Shown: positions 32,478 to 42,987, numbered from the stretch's first letter. The stretch: DNA of 64,000 nt from an uncultured Actinomycetota bacterium (GCA_963817665.1 CAWFPE010000009.1:15049-79048), one strand, 5' to 3'. A program made the numbers and translations. The notes: generated by a model from the sequence alone, not told the origin.

Positions 32478-32914
32478 CCCGGACGCTCAACCGGACTCTC
32501 ACCCGGGGGCCGGCCGGACCGCTCGCCCATCTTCTGGCGCATCGCCAGGCAGCCCAGGCACAGCACGTAGCCCACGACGAGCGCCACGCTGTGGTGGGAG
32601 AGCCCGGAGACGACCGCCTGGACCACGCCGTCGCGCGGGTCCGCGATGGCACCGGGCCGGGTGAGGCCGAGCAGCGTGAAGACGCCGACCATGATCAGCG
32701 GCGGCAGCACCCCGACGGTGAAGAAGTCCATGGGCCGCACGGCCAGCGCCAGGGCGACGCACAGGGTGACGAAGCACAGGTCGAAGAAGAGGCTGATCCG
32801 GCCGACGACGGCCACGTCGATCACGACCGCGCTGAGCGCGAGCGCGGCACCGAGCGCCACGACCTGCCGGCCCGGCTCCCGGCCTTCCTCCCACAGCGTG
32901 CGCGTGTGGTTCAC
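32423..32914 (-). CDS. Integral membrane protein, hypothetical
   Basis: Four hydrophobic spans. The GTG start overlaps the rmuC stop (GTGA). Confidence 0.6.
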   Translation of the reverse strand: MNHTRTLWEEGREPGRQVVALGAALALSAVVIDVAVVGRISLFFDLCFVTLCVALALAVRPMDFFTVGVLPPLIMVGVFTLLGLTRPGAIADPRDGVVQAVVSGLSHHSVALVVGYVLCLGCLAMRQKMGERSGRPPGESPVERPGQAANRSGSPAPRRTTSG

Positions 32915-34020
32915 AGCGCCACCGTATGGTCACCGTCCCGCGTGTCGGGTGCGGCGCGCCGATCGCCACGGCCGTCGATCCGGGGGAGGTCGGCGTCCGC
33001 CTCGATCGCCCCCACGGCCCGGGTGGTGGTCTCGACCTGCCGCGGCGCGGGCAGCTCCTCGTCGGTGACGGAGAGGTCCTGGAAGCGGCGGGCGGACACC
33101 AGCACCCGCGACTCCAGCGACCCGATCGCCTGGTTGTAGTGCCCGACGGCGGCGTTGAGGGACCGCCCCACCTGGTCCAGGTGGCCGCTGAGGCTGCCGA
33201 TGCGCCCGTGCAGCTCGCGGCCGAGCCGGTGGATCTCGCGGGCCTGGTCGGCCAGCGCCTCGTGGCTCCAGCCGTGGGCGACGGTGCGGAGCAGCGCGAT
33301 CAGGGTGGTGGGGGTCGCCAGCACCACCTGGCGCGCGGCGGCGTACTCGATCAGCTGCGGGTCGGTCTCCAGCGCCGAGGCGAGGAAGGACTCCGCAGGC
33401 ACGAACAGCACCACGAACTCCGGTGTCTCCTCCATCGCGCGCCAGTAGGCCTTGGACGAGAGCTGGTCGACGTGCTGGCGCAGCTGGCGCGCGTGCCGGG
33501 CCAGGTGCGCCTCGCGCTCCTCCTCGTCCTCGACCGAGGTGGCGTCGAGGTAGGCGTCCAGCGGCACCTTCGAGTCCACCACGACCTGGCGGCGGCCCAC
33601 GAGGTGCACGACCAGGTCCGGACGCAGCGCACCGTCGGCGAGCCGGACCTGCTCGGAGAAGTCGCACCGGTCCACCAGCCCGGCCAGCTCCACGGCGCGG
33701 CGCAGGTGCAGCTCGCCCCAGCGGCCGCGCACCTGCGGCTTGCGCAGCGCCGTGGACAGCGACTGGGTCTCGCGGCGCAGGTCGGAGACGTGCTGGTGGA
33801 ACTGGCCCTGCCAGGCCGCCCGCTGCCGGTCCAGGTCGTGCATCTGGTCGCTGAGCCGGTCCAGCCCCTGCATGACCTCGGCCTGCTCGATCAGGCCCTG
33901 GCCGAGCGCCTGGGTGTGCGCGGGGCGGGAGCGCGCCCAGAGCAGCCCGAGGAGGCAGCCGAGGGCGATCCCGACCAGCAGGGTGGTGAACCACGCGATC
34001 ATCTCCATGCGCCCCAGCAT
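32911..34020 (-). CDS. rmuC: DNA recombination protein RmuC
   Basis: N-terminal TM helix, coiled coil, RGRWGELHLRR and VVVDSKVPLDAY motifs. RBS ggagg upstream of ATG 34020. Confidence 0.85.
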   Translation of the reverse strand: MLGRMEMIAWFTTLLVGIALGCLLGLLWARSRPAHTQALGQGLIEQAEVMQGLDRLSDQMHDLDRQRAAWQGQFHQHVSDLRRETQSLSTALRKPQVRGRWGELHLRRAVELAGLVDRCDFSEQVRLADGALRPDLVVHLVGRRQVVVDSKVPLDAYLDATSVEDEEEREAHLARHARQLRQHVDQLSSKAYWRAMEETPEFVVLFVPAESFLASALETDPQLIEYAAARQVVLATPTTLIALLRTVAHGWSHEALADQAREIHRLGRELHGRIGSLSGHLDQVGRSLNAAVGHYNQAIGSLESRVLVSARRFQDLSVTDEELPAPRQVETTTRAVGAIEADADLPRIDGRGDRRAAPDTRDGDHTVAL

Positions 34021-34105
34021 GGACGAGACCTCCGACACCGCCGACGGACAGGGGCCAACAGGCGCCGCCGACGGCGCCTGTCCACTAGGGCACAATGCAC
34101 CCTCG

Positions 34106-35329
34106 ATGAGGACCAAGATCCGCCACACGTCGGCGCTGGCGCTCGGCTCCGCCGTGAGCGGCCTCCTGGCCTACGTCTTCTTCGCGCTGGTCACCCGCGC
34201 GCTCGGCTCCGAGGGCGCGGCTCCGGTCGCGGTGCTGTGGACCTACTGGTCCTTCGCCTCCGCGGCGCTGACCTTCCCGCTCCAGCACTGGATCGCCCGT
34301 TCGGTCTCCGCCCACGGCGGCGAGCGCTCGGTGCGCGAGGCGCTGCCCGGGGTGCTCGGCCTGGCGCTGGGCGCCACGCTGTTCACCACCGCGGCGACCT
34401 GGTTCGCCCGCGACCAGCTCTTCCACTCCGGGCAGTCGTGGTTCCCGCTGCTGGTCGGCGCGGTGACGCTCGGCTCGGCCGTGACCGGCGTGGTCCGTGG
34501 CGTGCTCACCGCCCGGCGCCGGTTCGCCGCGGTCGGGGCCGGCCTGGTCGCCGAGAACGGCATCCGCTGCCTCGGCGCGGTGGTGCTGATGGTGGCCGGC
34601 GTCGACGACCCGGTCGCCTACGGCGTGTGCCTGCTGGCGGGGTACGCCGGAGCAGCGGCGTGGCCGGGCACCTTCCGGCTGGCCCGGACCGGGTCCGCCG
34701 GCGACGGCGAGTCGCCGCTGGCGTTCCTCGGCGGCGCCGGGGGAGCCCAGGTCCTCGGGCAGGCGGTGCTCACCGGTGGCCCGGTCGTCCTGGTGCTGGC
34801 CGGCGGGTCGGCCTCGGAGGTCACCGCCCTGTTCGCCGGGCTGGCGCTCTTCCGCGCGCCGTACACGCTGGCGCTGGGGCTGGTCGCCACGCTCACCGGC
34901 TGGCTGACCCGGCTGGTGGTGGCGGAGCGTGCGGACGAGCTGCGGCGGGTCCGCCGCGGCCTGGTGCTGCTCACCCTCGTGGGCGCGGTCGGTGCCGCGG
35001 CCGTCGGCGCGCTGGCCGGCCCGTGGCTGCTGAAGCTGGTCTTCGGTGGGGACGTGTCCCTGCCGGCGTCCCTGACCCTGGTGCTGGCCGTCGGCAGCAC
35101 CGTGGCGATGGCCAACCTGGTGGCGACCCTCGTGGTGCTCGCCCACGGCCGCGCGCTGTCGCTGGTGCGCTGGTGGGCGGTCGCGCTGGTCCCGGGTGCC
35201 GCCCTGTTCGCCGCGGCCGACGCGTCGGCGCTGGACCGCACCTGCTGGGCCTTCCTCGTGGTCGAGGTGGCGGCGTTCGCGCTGCTGCTGCGCGAGGGGG
35301 CCCGCGAGCGGGTCCCGGCGTCCGCCTGA
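34106..35329 (+). CDS. Polysaccharide/oligosaccharide flippase-like membrane protein (Wzx/MurJ superfamily)
   Basis: About 12 hydrophobic spans. ATG 34106 lies inside ORF 33740..35329. Confidence 0.6.
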   Translation: MRTKIRHTSALALGSAVSGLLAYVFFALVTRALGSEGAAPVAVLWTYWSFASAALTFPLQHWIARSVSAHGGERSVREALPGVLGLALGATLFTTAATWFARDQLFHSGQSWFPLLVGAVTLGSAVTGVVRGVLTARRRFAAVGAGLVAENGIRCLGAVVLMVAGVDDPVAYGVCLLAGYAGAAAWPGTFRLARTGSAGDGESPLAFLGGAGGAQVLGQAVLTGGPVVLVLAGGSASEVTALFAGLALFRAPYTLALGLVATLTGWLTRLVVAERADELRRVRRGLVLLTLVGAVGAAAVGALAGPWLLKLVFGGDVSLPASLTLVLAVGSTVAMANLVATLVVLAHGRALSLVRWWAVALVPGAALFAAADASALDRTCWAFLVVEVAAFALLLREGARERVPASA

Positions 35330-35369
35330 CCGAGCCGTCCGACCCGTCCGACGACCGGCCAGCCCGCCC

Positions 35370-36089
35370 TCAGTGCGCCGGCTTGTCGGCGGCCAGGAAG
35401 ACCGACGAGCCGAACGGCAGGTCGTGCCGGCGGAGCAGGCGCGCCTCGGCAGCGCAGAGGCCGGTGAGCACCCGGTCGAGCGCAGGCGGGACCTGGGGGA
35501 GGCCCTCCGGCACCGCCGGGCCGCGGTGCCGCAGCCGGCGGCCCGCCCGCTCGGCGGCGAAGAGGGGGAACACCGCGGTGAACGCGTAGGTGGACCGCCG
35601 CACCGTCAGCCCGGCCGCCTCGACCGCTGCCACGATGCGCGGCTGCGTGTAGCGGCGGTGGTGGCCGGCCCGCACGTCGTGGTCCGACCACGCCCACTGG
35701 TAGGCCGGCACGGACACCAGCAGCCGCCCACCGGGGGTCAGGACCCGGGCCAGCTCGGCGACCGCCTGCGCCTCTGGCTCGCAGTGCTCGATGACGTCGA
35801 AGGCGCCGACCACGTCGAACGTCGCGTCGGCGAACGGCAGCGCCAGGGCCGAGGCGCAGACTCCGCTGCCGGGGGTCAGGCCGCGCGGGTCGACGTCGAT
35901 GGAGTACCGGTCGTGATCGCCGTACATCCACGACACGCTCGGCCCGTCGGCGCTGCCGACGTCGAGCAGCCGCCGCGGAGACCCGAGGAGGTCGCCCAGG
36001 GCGGCGCGCAGCAGGTCGGTGCGGGCCCGGTACCACCAGTAGTCGGGCTGCTCGATCGACGACGACCCCGACTGCGCGACGGGCGACAT
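35370..36089 (-). CDS. Class I SAM-dependent methyltransferase
   Basis: LLDVGSADG motif I. DVVGAFDVIEH. LTPGGRLLVSVP. Confidence 0.8.
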   Translation of the reverse strand: MSPVAQSGSSSIEQPDYWWYRARTDLLRAALGDLLGSPRRLLDVGSADGPSVSWMYGDHDRYSIDVDPRGLTPGSGVCASALALPFADATFDVVGAFDVIEHCEPEAQAVAELARVLTPGGRLLVSVPAYQWAWSDHDVRAGHHRRYTQPRIVAAVEAAGLTVRRSTYAFTAVFPLFAAERAGRRLRHRGPAVPEGLPQVPPALDRVLTGLCAAEARLLRRHDLPFGSSVFLAADKPAH

Positions 36090-36094
36090 GAACT

Positions 36095-37244
36095 CATTGT
36101 GCGGCCAAGATCCGCACCAGCGCCTCGATCACGCGATCGGTGTCGTCGGCGGTCAGGTTGTTGTGGAACGGCAGCCGCACCAGCCGGCTGCTGACGTCGA
36201 TGGTGGCGGGCACTCCGTGGGCCGGGCCGCGAACTGCTGGCCGCCGATCGAGTCGTGCAGCGGCACGTAGTGGAAGGTCGTCGCGATGCCCTCCTCGCGC
36301 AGCTCCTTCATCACCCGGGTCCGCGTCTCGTGGTCGGGCATCAGCACGTGGAAGAGGTGGTACGCCGGCTCGCAGTGCTCCGGCACCACGGGCAGCCGCA
36401 GGCCCAGCTCCTCGGCGTACGGCGCCAGCCCCTCGGCGTACCGCTCGAAGACCCCGCGACGCTTGCCCTGGATGGCCTCGCGCTGCTCCAGCTGGCCCAG
36501 CAGGTAGGCGGCCAGGGTGTCGGAGAGCCCGAACGACGAGCCGGTGTCGCGCCAGGTGTACTTGTCGACGTACCCCTGGAAGAACGCCTTGCGGTCGGTG
36601 CCCTTGTCGTAGATGACCCAGGCCCGCGCCACGTCCGCGGGGTCGTTGAGCAGCAGCGCGCCGCCCTCACCGCAGACGAAGTTCTTGGTCTCGTGGAAGC
36701 TCTGGCTGGCGAACCGGCCGAGGCTGCCGAGCGGCTGCCCGCGCCAGCGGCCGAACAGGCCGTGCGCGTTGTCCTCGACGACCGCGACGTCGGGGCGGTC
36801 CTTCAGCACCTCGCGGATGCGGTCCATGTCGCACGCGATGCCGCCGTAGTGGACGACCACGACGGCGCGCACCGAGTCGTCGAGCAGCTCGGCCAGGTGG
36901 TCGGGGTCGAGGCCCAGGGTCTCCGGCTCGATGTCGCAGAACAGGATCCGGGCGCCCTCGCGCACGTAGGCGAGCGCGGAGCTGACGAACGTGAACGACG
37001 GCACGATCACGGTGTCGCCCGGCTGCAGGTCCAGCAGGATCGCGCTCATCTCGAGCGCGGCGGTGCAGGAGGTGGTCAGCAGGGCGTCGGCGGCGCCGGT
37101 CTCGGCGCGCAGCAGCTCCGACACGCGGGCCGTGAACGGACCACCGGACGAGGTGTGGCCGCCCTCGAGGGAGGCCCGGATGTGGTCGAGCTCGGCGCCC
37201 TCCACGCTGGCCACGTTGAAAGCGATCTCGGGCTTGTCGGTCAC
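36095..37244 (-). pseudogene. DegT/DnrJ/EryC1/WecE-type sugar aminotransferase, frameshift near 36205-36212
   Basis: SCTAALEMS, FVSSALA, SFHETKN (Lys). The C-terminus SRLVRLPFHNNLTADDTDRVIEAL is in another frame. GTG 37244 follows gaagga. Confidence 0.8.
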
Positions 37245-37267
37245 GACGGTCCTTCGGGGTCTCGGTC

Positions 37268-38026
37268 TCAGGTCGTTCGAGCGGTTCCGGGCCACGGCAG
37301 CTCCCGGCCCAGCAGCCCGGCCAGCGCGCGGTCGCTCCGGTGGTAGTAGCCGCGGAGCCGGTCGAGCAGGTCCTCGTCCAGGTCGGGGCGGGGCTGCCGG
37401 CTCTCGTTCACCGCGGCGCCCGCCGCCGGGGGCCGGAAACCCGGGTCCACTCCGAGAGTGCCATACAGCTCGCCGACCCGGCCGGGATCGCCCCGCAGCT
37501 CGTCGAGGAAGAGCACGGTCACGTCGTCGCCGAACCGGTCCAGCCAGGGGTGCAGGAAGTCGATGTAGCGGCCGCGCTCGAGATAGGCGTACGGCGACAC
37601 CGAGGTCCGCTCGGGGTCCCACGGCAAGGGGCCCTCGAGGTTCGCCTCCAGCACCTCGGCGAGGGGCCGGGTCTCGAGGCCGGCGTCGGTGCTGAAGGCC
37701 CAGTGCGACAGCGCCCGCTGCACCGGGTCCCGGAGCTGGACGAGGATCAGGGGGTCCCCGAGCACCGCGGCGGCGCGGTCGGCCGCCTCGGCGTACTCCA
37801 GGTAGCTGGTGCTCTTCTCCCCGAGCAGCACCTCGTCACCCGCGTGGCCGAAGTAGGTGCGGTGGTACCACTCCAGCCCGCGGTCGGCGAGCTCGGCGGA
37901 GAGGAACACCTTGGGCTCGGGCCGGGCCGGCCGGGCCATCGCGATCTGGGGGTGCGCGGCGAGCAGGTCGTGCAGGTAGGTCGTGCCGCAGCGCTGGGCC
38001 CCGACGACCAGCAGGTGCCGAGTCAC
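37268..38026 (-). CDS. Sulfotransferase family protein
   Basis: PAPS 5-prime-phosphosulfate loop VVGAQRCGTTYL. 3-prime-phosphate motif LRDPVQRALS. The GTG start overlaps the GT2 stop. Confidence 0.75.
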   Translation of the reverse strand: MTRHLLVVGAQRCGTTYLHDLLAAHPQIAMARPARPEPKVFLSAELADRGLEWYHRTYFGHAGDEVLLGEKSTSYLEYAEAADRAAAVLGDPLILVQLRDPVQRALSHWAFSTDAGLETRPLAEVLEANLEGPLPWDPERTSVSPYAYLERGRYIDFLHPWLDRFGDDVTVLFLDELRGDPGRVGELYGTLGVDPGFRPPAAGAAVNESRQPRPDLDEDLLDRLRGYYHRSDRALAGLLGRELPWPGTARTT

Positions 38027-39018
38027 TCGGGCACCCTCGCGGTGACGTGGTAGCTGTCCTGGGCGCTGACCGCGTTGAGGGTGCGGACGACGTACTCCCC
38101 GAGCATCGAGAGCAGCGCGATCGTGAAGCCGTTGAAGACCGACAGCAGCACGACGGTGGTGGTCCAGCCCTGGACGTGGGTGTCCCCGAAGATGCCCTGG
38201 AGCAGGTAGAAGGCGCCGAGCAGCAGGCTGAGCCCGGAGATCGCGAACCCGACCAGGGCCGCGGCGCGCAGCGGGTACGACGAGTAGCTGAACAGGATCG
38301 TCAGCACCAGGCGCAGGATCCGCACCATGCTGTAGTTGCTCTTGCCGACGGGACGCGGCTCGTGCCGGACGGTGACGTTGCCGCGCTTGCGGGAGTAGAG
38401 CAGCGCCTGGCCGGTGATGTAGGGGTACGCGGTCTGCGAGGCGCAGATCCGGTCGACCACGTCGCGCCGCAGGATCCGGAAGTTGGAGACCGTGAGGTCG
38501 GCCGGCTGCCCGAAGATCCGGCGGTTCATCATGCTGATCATCCCGCTGCCGATCCGGCGGTAGCCGGCGGCCTGCTTGCGCTCGAAGCGGCCGAAGACGA
38601 GGTCCTTGCCGGTCATGGCCTCGTCGATGAGCAGCAGCGCCTGGTCGGGCGGGTTCTGCATGTCGTCGTCCATGGTGATGACGTAGTCACCCGTCGCCTC
38701 GCGCAGGCCGGCCAGGTTGGCGTGGTGCTGCCCGTAGTTCTTCAGCATGTCCAGCGCGATCACGTGCGGGACGGTGCGCGCCTTCTCGGAGATCAGCTCC
38801 CAGCTGTCGTCGCTGCTGCCGTCGTTGACGAGGATGATCTCGTGGTCCAGCCCGGCCTCGGTGAAGACCTCCGAGACCCGGTCGACGGTGGTGCCGACGA
38901 TCCGCTCGCTGTTGTAGACGGGGATGACGATGGAGTAGCGGAACTGGCGCCGATCGAGTGGCGGCTCCCCGACGGGCGACGTCATGGGCGCATCCTTCCA
39001 CAGCTCAGGTTCGGTCAT
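38023..39018 (-). CDS. GT2 polyprenyl-phosphate amino-sugar transferase (ArnC/PpgS-like)
   Basis: IVIPVYNSE, LVNDGSSDDS, TMDDDMQNPP, two C-terminal TM helices. Alternative ATG at 38985. Confidence 0.8.
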   Translation of the reverse strand: MTEPELWKDAPMTSPVGEPPLDRRQFRYSIVIPVYNSERIVGTTVDRVSEVFTEAGLDHEIILVNDGSSDDSWELISEKARTVPHVIALDMLKNYGQHHANLAGLREATGDYVITMDDDMQNPPDQALLLIDEAMTGKDLVFGRFERKQAAGYRRIGSGMISMMNRRIFGQPADLTVSNFRILRRDVVDRICASQTAYPYITGQALLYSRKRGNVTVRHEPRPVGKSNYSMVRILRLVLTILFSYSSYPLRAAALVGFAISGLSLLLGAFYLLQGIFGDTHVQGWTTTVVLLSVFNGFTIALLSMLGEYVVRTLNAVSAQDSYHVTARVPE

Positions 39019-40545
39019 GGAGCACGTCCGAGAGGGCCTCGAGGGTGGGTTCGCCGAGGTCGCGGCGGACGTACCAGGCCCACCCGACGGAGCGGCCCAC
39101 GCGCCGGTAGTTCTCCAGCGTCGGTGCCAGCCACGGCGGGAGGCTGGTCGCTGCCGACCGAGATGACCGTCGGCGCCTGCTCGGCCACCCACCGCCCGTA
39201 GCCCATGCTGCCGCCGGGGTAGGTGGCGTCGACGTAGTCGAGGAGCCCGTTGCCCAGCAGCTGGTAGCGCGAGATGTTGCGCATGTGGGCGAGCACCAGC
39301 GGCTCGGGGGACTCGACCGCCAGCATGGTCGTGTCCGCCGGGAGCAGCTTCATCACGGCCTCGACGTCGGCGCGCTGGCCGACCAGGGTGTCGTCGCGGT
39401 TGCTCACGGAGAAGTCGACGGACATGGCCGTCGCCGCGAGGACCCAGACCAGGACGGCGGCGAGCGCGACCTTGCTCGGGAGGTACCTGGCCAGGGCCCA
39501 GGCCAGGCCGCCGATGCCGAGCGCCGCCCCGGGCAGCAGGAAGAACGCGTCCGGCCAGCCGTTGAAGGCCTTGAGGGACCACAGCACGCCGACCACGAAC
39601 ACGACGCCGGTGCCGACCATGGCCGCGCCCTCGGGCCCGCGCCGCGTCGTACGCCGTGAGATCACGACCGCGGTCAGGACCAGCTGGGCGAGCGATCCGA
39701 CGATGAACGCCCACAGCGACCAGCCGTAGGCGTCGTGCATGAGCTGCCACAGGTAGTCGGGGGTGTCGAGCAGGGAGACCTGCTTGGTGTAGCGCGCGTT
39801 GATCAGCAGGAAGTCGTCGAGGAACGTCTGCAGCTCGCCGATGGCCGCGTAGAAGCCCACCGTGACGGCGGTGGGGATCAGCCCGCCCACGCCGAGCCGG
39901 ACCAGCGCCCGGAACCTGCCCGACGGCTGGCCGAGGAGTGCCGCGACGGCCGCGCCCGCGATCGCGGCGAGGAACACCGGTTGCCAGGTGAGCGTGGCGA
40001 GCGCGATGAAGAAGCCGGTGGTGCCCCAGCGCTGCTTGAGCATGGCCAGCAGCGCGCACAGCACGAACAGCACCATCGCGGTCTTCTCGCGCGGGCCGTA
40101 GGTCGCGTAGGTGATGACGCCCTGGAAGCAGAGCATCGTCGCCGCGGCGGCGAGCCCGGCGAGGCGCGAGCGGTAGAGGTCCCGGCCGAACACGTAGGTG
40201 AGCCCGATGATCGCGACCGTGAGCAGCATGTTCAGCACTCGCATGCTGAGCACGTCGTCGGCCCCGACGGCCCGGCCGACGATCACGCCGATCCCGGGGA
40301 TCAGGTGGCCCAAGCGGTCCGGCGCGGTTGACGATGGCGACGTACGGCGCCACGCCGTCGGCCACCTGCTGCCCGCCGTAGCTGTAGACGCCGAGGTCGC
40401 GGGTGAGGCGGCCGTCGAAGCCGTGCAGCAGGTAGACCACCAGCGCCGTCGCGCAGGTGAGCCAGATCAGCGGGTCGGGTAGTCGCAGCCGGGCTCGCCA
40501 GCCGGTCTCGGGCGCCTCGTCGGGCGCGGTCGTGGTGGTGGTCAT
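39005..40545 (-). pseudogene. GT-C-like polytopic membrane glycosyltransferase (ArnT/PMT-like), two frameshifts (about 40315 and 39135)
   Basis: N-terminus in the frame of ORF 38023..41136 (MTTTTTAPDE...), body in ORF 39015..40313, C-terminus WLAPTLENYRRVGRSVGWAWYVRRDL in a third frame. ATG 40545 overlaps the xthA stop. Confidence 0.55.
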
Positions 40546-41327
40546 GCGACGTCGACGACGACGGGCGCGTGGTCGGAGGCGCCGGTGCCGGCGCGCTCGT
40601 CGCGGTCGATGAAGGCGTGCGTGACCCGGGCCGCCAGGGACGGCGAGCCGAGCACGAAGTCGATGCGCAGGCCGCGGTTCCGCTCGAACCGCTGCCGGAA
40701 GTAGTCCCAGTAGGTGTAGACCTCCGGACCCGGCGTGTGCGGCCGCACCACGTCGACGTACCCGTCGTCGAGGAAGGCCTGGAAGGCCGCGCGCTCGCGG
40801 GGCGTCACGTGGGTGGACTTCGCGAACTGCGCCATGTCGAAGACGTCCTCGTCGAGCGGGGCGATGTTCCAGTCGCCGACGAGTGCGGTGTCCTCGCCGA
40901 CCCAGCCCTTGGCGGTCTCGCGCAGCCGGTCGAGCCAGTCGAGCTTGTAGACGTAGTGCGGGTCGTCGACCTTGCGGCCGTTGGGGACGTAGAGCGACCA
41001 GATCCGGACGCCGCCGCACAGCGCGCCGATCGCCCGCGCCTCGGCGGCCGCCGGGTCTCCGAAGCCGGGCATCCCCTCGAAGCCGACCTGGACGTCGTCG
41101 AGCCCGACCCGGCTCACGATCGCGACCCCGTTCCACTGGTTGGTGCCGGCGGCCGCGACCTCGTACCCGAGCGACTGGAGCCCCATCAGCGGCAGCTGGT
41201 CCTCGCGGGCCTTGGTCTCCTGGATCGCGAGGACGTCGACGTCGTGGCGCTGCACGAACGCCTCGACCCGGTCGATCCGGGAGCGGAGGGAGTTGACGTT
41301 CCAGGTGGCGATGCGCACGGCGAACAA
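40542..41327 (-). CDS. xthA: Exodeoxyribonuclease III
   Basis: ATWNVNSLR, LAIQETK, GDWNIAP, SDHAPVVVD. Start is TTG 41327 or GTG 41318. Confidence 0.88.
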   Translation of the reverse strand: MFAVRIATWNVNSLRSRIDRVEAFVQRHDVDVLAIQETKAREDQLPLMGLQSLGYEVAAAGTNQWNGVAIVSRVGLDDVQVGFEGMPGFGDPAAAEARAIGALCGGVRIWSLYVPNGRKVDDPHYVYKLDWLDRLRETAKGWVGEDTALVGDWNIAPLDEDVFDMAQFAKSTHVTPRERAAFQAFLDDGYVDVVRPHTPGPEVYTYWDYFRQRFERNRGLRIDFVLGSPSLAARVTHAFIDRDERAGTGASDHAPVVVDVA

Positions 41328-41328
41328 A

Positions 41329-42525
41329 CTAACCGTTGGACCTGAGGAGTCCGTTAATCCCCTCGAGCAGCCGCTCGACGTCCTCGACCGAGGTGTACGG
41401 CGCGATCCCGGCCCGCACGGCGCCCTCGTCGCCGAGGCCGGCGTGCCGGGACGCCTCGATCGCGTAGAAGTGGCTGGCGGGCGCGTTCACGCCCACGGTC
41501 GCGAGGTGCTCGTAGACCTCCCGTCCGGTGTGCCCGGCGACGTCGAAGAGCACCGTCGGCGTCCGCCGGGCCGGGCTGCCGTGCACCGTGACGCCCGCCA
41601 TCGCGGCGAGCCCGTCCAGCAGCCGGCCGAACAGCTCGTCCTCGTACTTCTCGACCGAGGTCATCGACTCCAGGACGCGGGTGCGACGGTCCGCCGCGTC
41701 GGAGTCGAGGCCGGCGATGAAGTCGACCGCGGCGGTCACGCCGGCGAGCAGCTCGTAGGGCAGGGTGCCCAGCTCGAACCGCTCCGGAACCGCGTCGGAG
41801 GACGGCAGCAGCTTGTCGGGGCGCAGCGTCTCCAGCAGCGCGGGGGAGGCGGCGAGGGCACCGAGGTGCGGGCCGAAGAACTTGTACGGCGAGCAGGCCA
41901 GCAGGTCGGCGCCGAGCAGGTCGATGTCGACGGGGGAGTGCGCGGCGAGGTGCACGGCGTCGACGTACACCAGGGCGCCGGCGTCGTGGGCCGCCCGGGC
42001 GATCGCGGGGACGTCGGGGCGGGTGCCCAGCAGGTTGGAGGCGGCCGTGACCGCCACCAGCCGGGTGCGGTCGGACAGCACGGTCGCGACGTCGTCGAGC
42101 TCGGCGGTGGCGGGGTCGAAGTCGAGCCAGCGCACGGTGGCGCCGGCGCGCTCGGCCGCGATCAGCCAGGGGCGGATGTTGGCGTCGTGGTCGAGCCGGG
42201 TGACGACCACCTCGTCACCGGGACCCCAGCCACGGGCGAAGGTGCGCGCGACGTCGAAGGTGATCTGCGTCATGGAGCGCCCGAAGACGATGCCGCCGGG
42301 CTCGGCGCCCAGCAGGTCGGCCATGGCGGCCCGGGCGGCGAGGGTGACCTCCTCGGCGCGACGCTCGGCCTCGGTGACCGTGCCCCGGTTGGCCAGGCCG
42401 GCGGTCAGGGTGTCGGCGACGGCCCGCGCCACCGACTCCGGGGTCTGCGAGCCGCCCGGCCCGTCGAAGTGGGCGACGCCGAGGTCGAGCGCGGGGAACT
42501 GGGCACGGATGCGTGTGATGTCCAC
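41329..42525 (-). CDS. Class V aminotransferase / cysteine desulfurase-family protein
   Basis: CSPYKFFGP (PLP Lys) and a fold-type I pattern. The stop lies 1 nt before xthA. Confidence 0.75.
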   Translation of the reverse strand: MDITRIRAQFPALDLGVAHFDGPGGSQTPESVARAVADTLTAGLANRGTVTEAERRAEEVTLAARAAMADLLGAEPGGIVFGRSMTQITFDVARTFARGWGPGDEVVVTRLDHDANIRPWLIAAERAGATVRWLDFDPATAELDDVATVLSDRTRLVAVTAASNLLGTRPDVPAIARAAHDAGALVYVDAVHLAAHSPVDIDLLGADLLACSPYKFFGPHLGALAASPALLETLRPDKLLPSSDAVPERFELGTLPYELLAGVTAAVDFIAGLDSDAADRRTRVLESMTSVEKYEDELFGRLLDGLAAMAGVTVHGSPARRTPTVLFDVAGHTGREVYEHLATVGVNAPASHFYAIEASRHAGLGDEGAVRAGIAPYTSVEDVERLLEGINGLLRSNG

Positions 42526-42615
42526 CCGAGCGACAGTAGCCAGTGGCGAGGAGCGACGACCGTGGCACGGCCCGGCGGCCTGCGCCCGCTTGGGTCGGTG
42601 GGCGAGGCTGGAGAC

Positions 42616-42942
42616 ATGGAGTCAGTGCGCGACAACCTGCTCGCCAAGCGGGCCGAGCTGCTCGCCGAGCTCGGACAGCTCGAGGCGCCCCCCGGCGAGC
42701 GCGGCGAGATCGCGTTCGGCAAGCGGGTGGGGGAGGGCACCGCGATGGCGGTGGACCGCCTCTCCCAGGTCGCGGTGCACGACAAGCTGCAGGTGATCAT
42801 GGCCGACGTCGAGCGGGCGCTGGCCAAGCTCGACGAGGGCAGCTACGGCACCTGTGACGAGTGCGGCGGGCCGATCGGGGAGGGGCGCCTCGAGGTGCTG
42901 CCGTGGGCGACGCTCTGCGTGGAGGACGCCGCCCGCCGCTGA
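42616..42942 (+). CDS. TraR/DksA family zinc-finger protein
   Basis: Coiled-coil N-terminus. GTCDECGGPIGEGRLEVLPWATLC. Confidence 0.75.
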   Translation: MESVRDNLLAKRAELLAELGQLEAPPGERGEIAFGKRVGEGTAMAVDRLSQVAVHDKLQVIMADVERALAKLDEGSYGTCDECGGPIGEGRLEVLPWATLCVEDAARR

Positions 42943-42987
42943 TCACTGATTGGGAGCCGCGCCGCAGCCCTCGTAGACTCGCCGCCC

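Noticed and set aside
28762-36036. Long shadow ORFs 28762..31296 (844 aa), 32926..35589 (887 aa), 32930..33994, 34085..35146 and 34618..36036
   Set aside because: Same reasoning as above. They cross IS and repeat boundaries or oppose rmuC, the flippase and the methyltransferase, and they have no motifs.
38023-41136. 1037-aa ORF that looks like one giant protein
   Set aside because: It is a read-through artefact of high GC. Its C-terminal third is the GT2 gene. Its middle is the wrong frame of the GT-C gene, and its N-terminus is the wrong frame of xthA.
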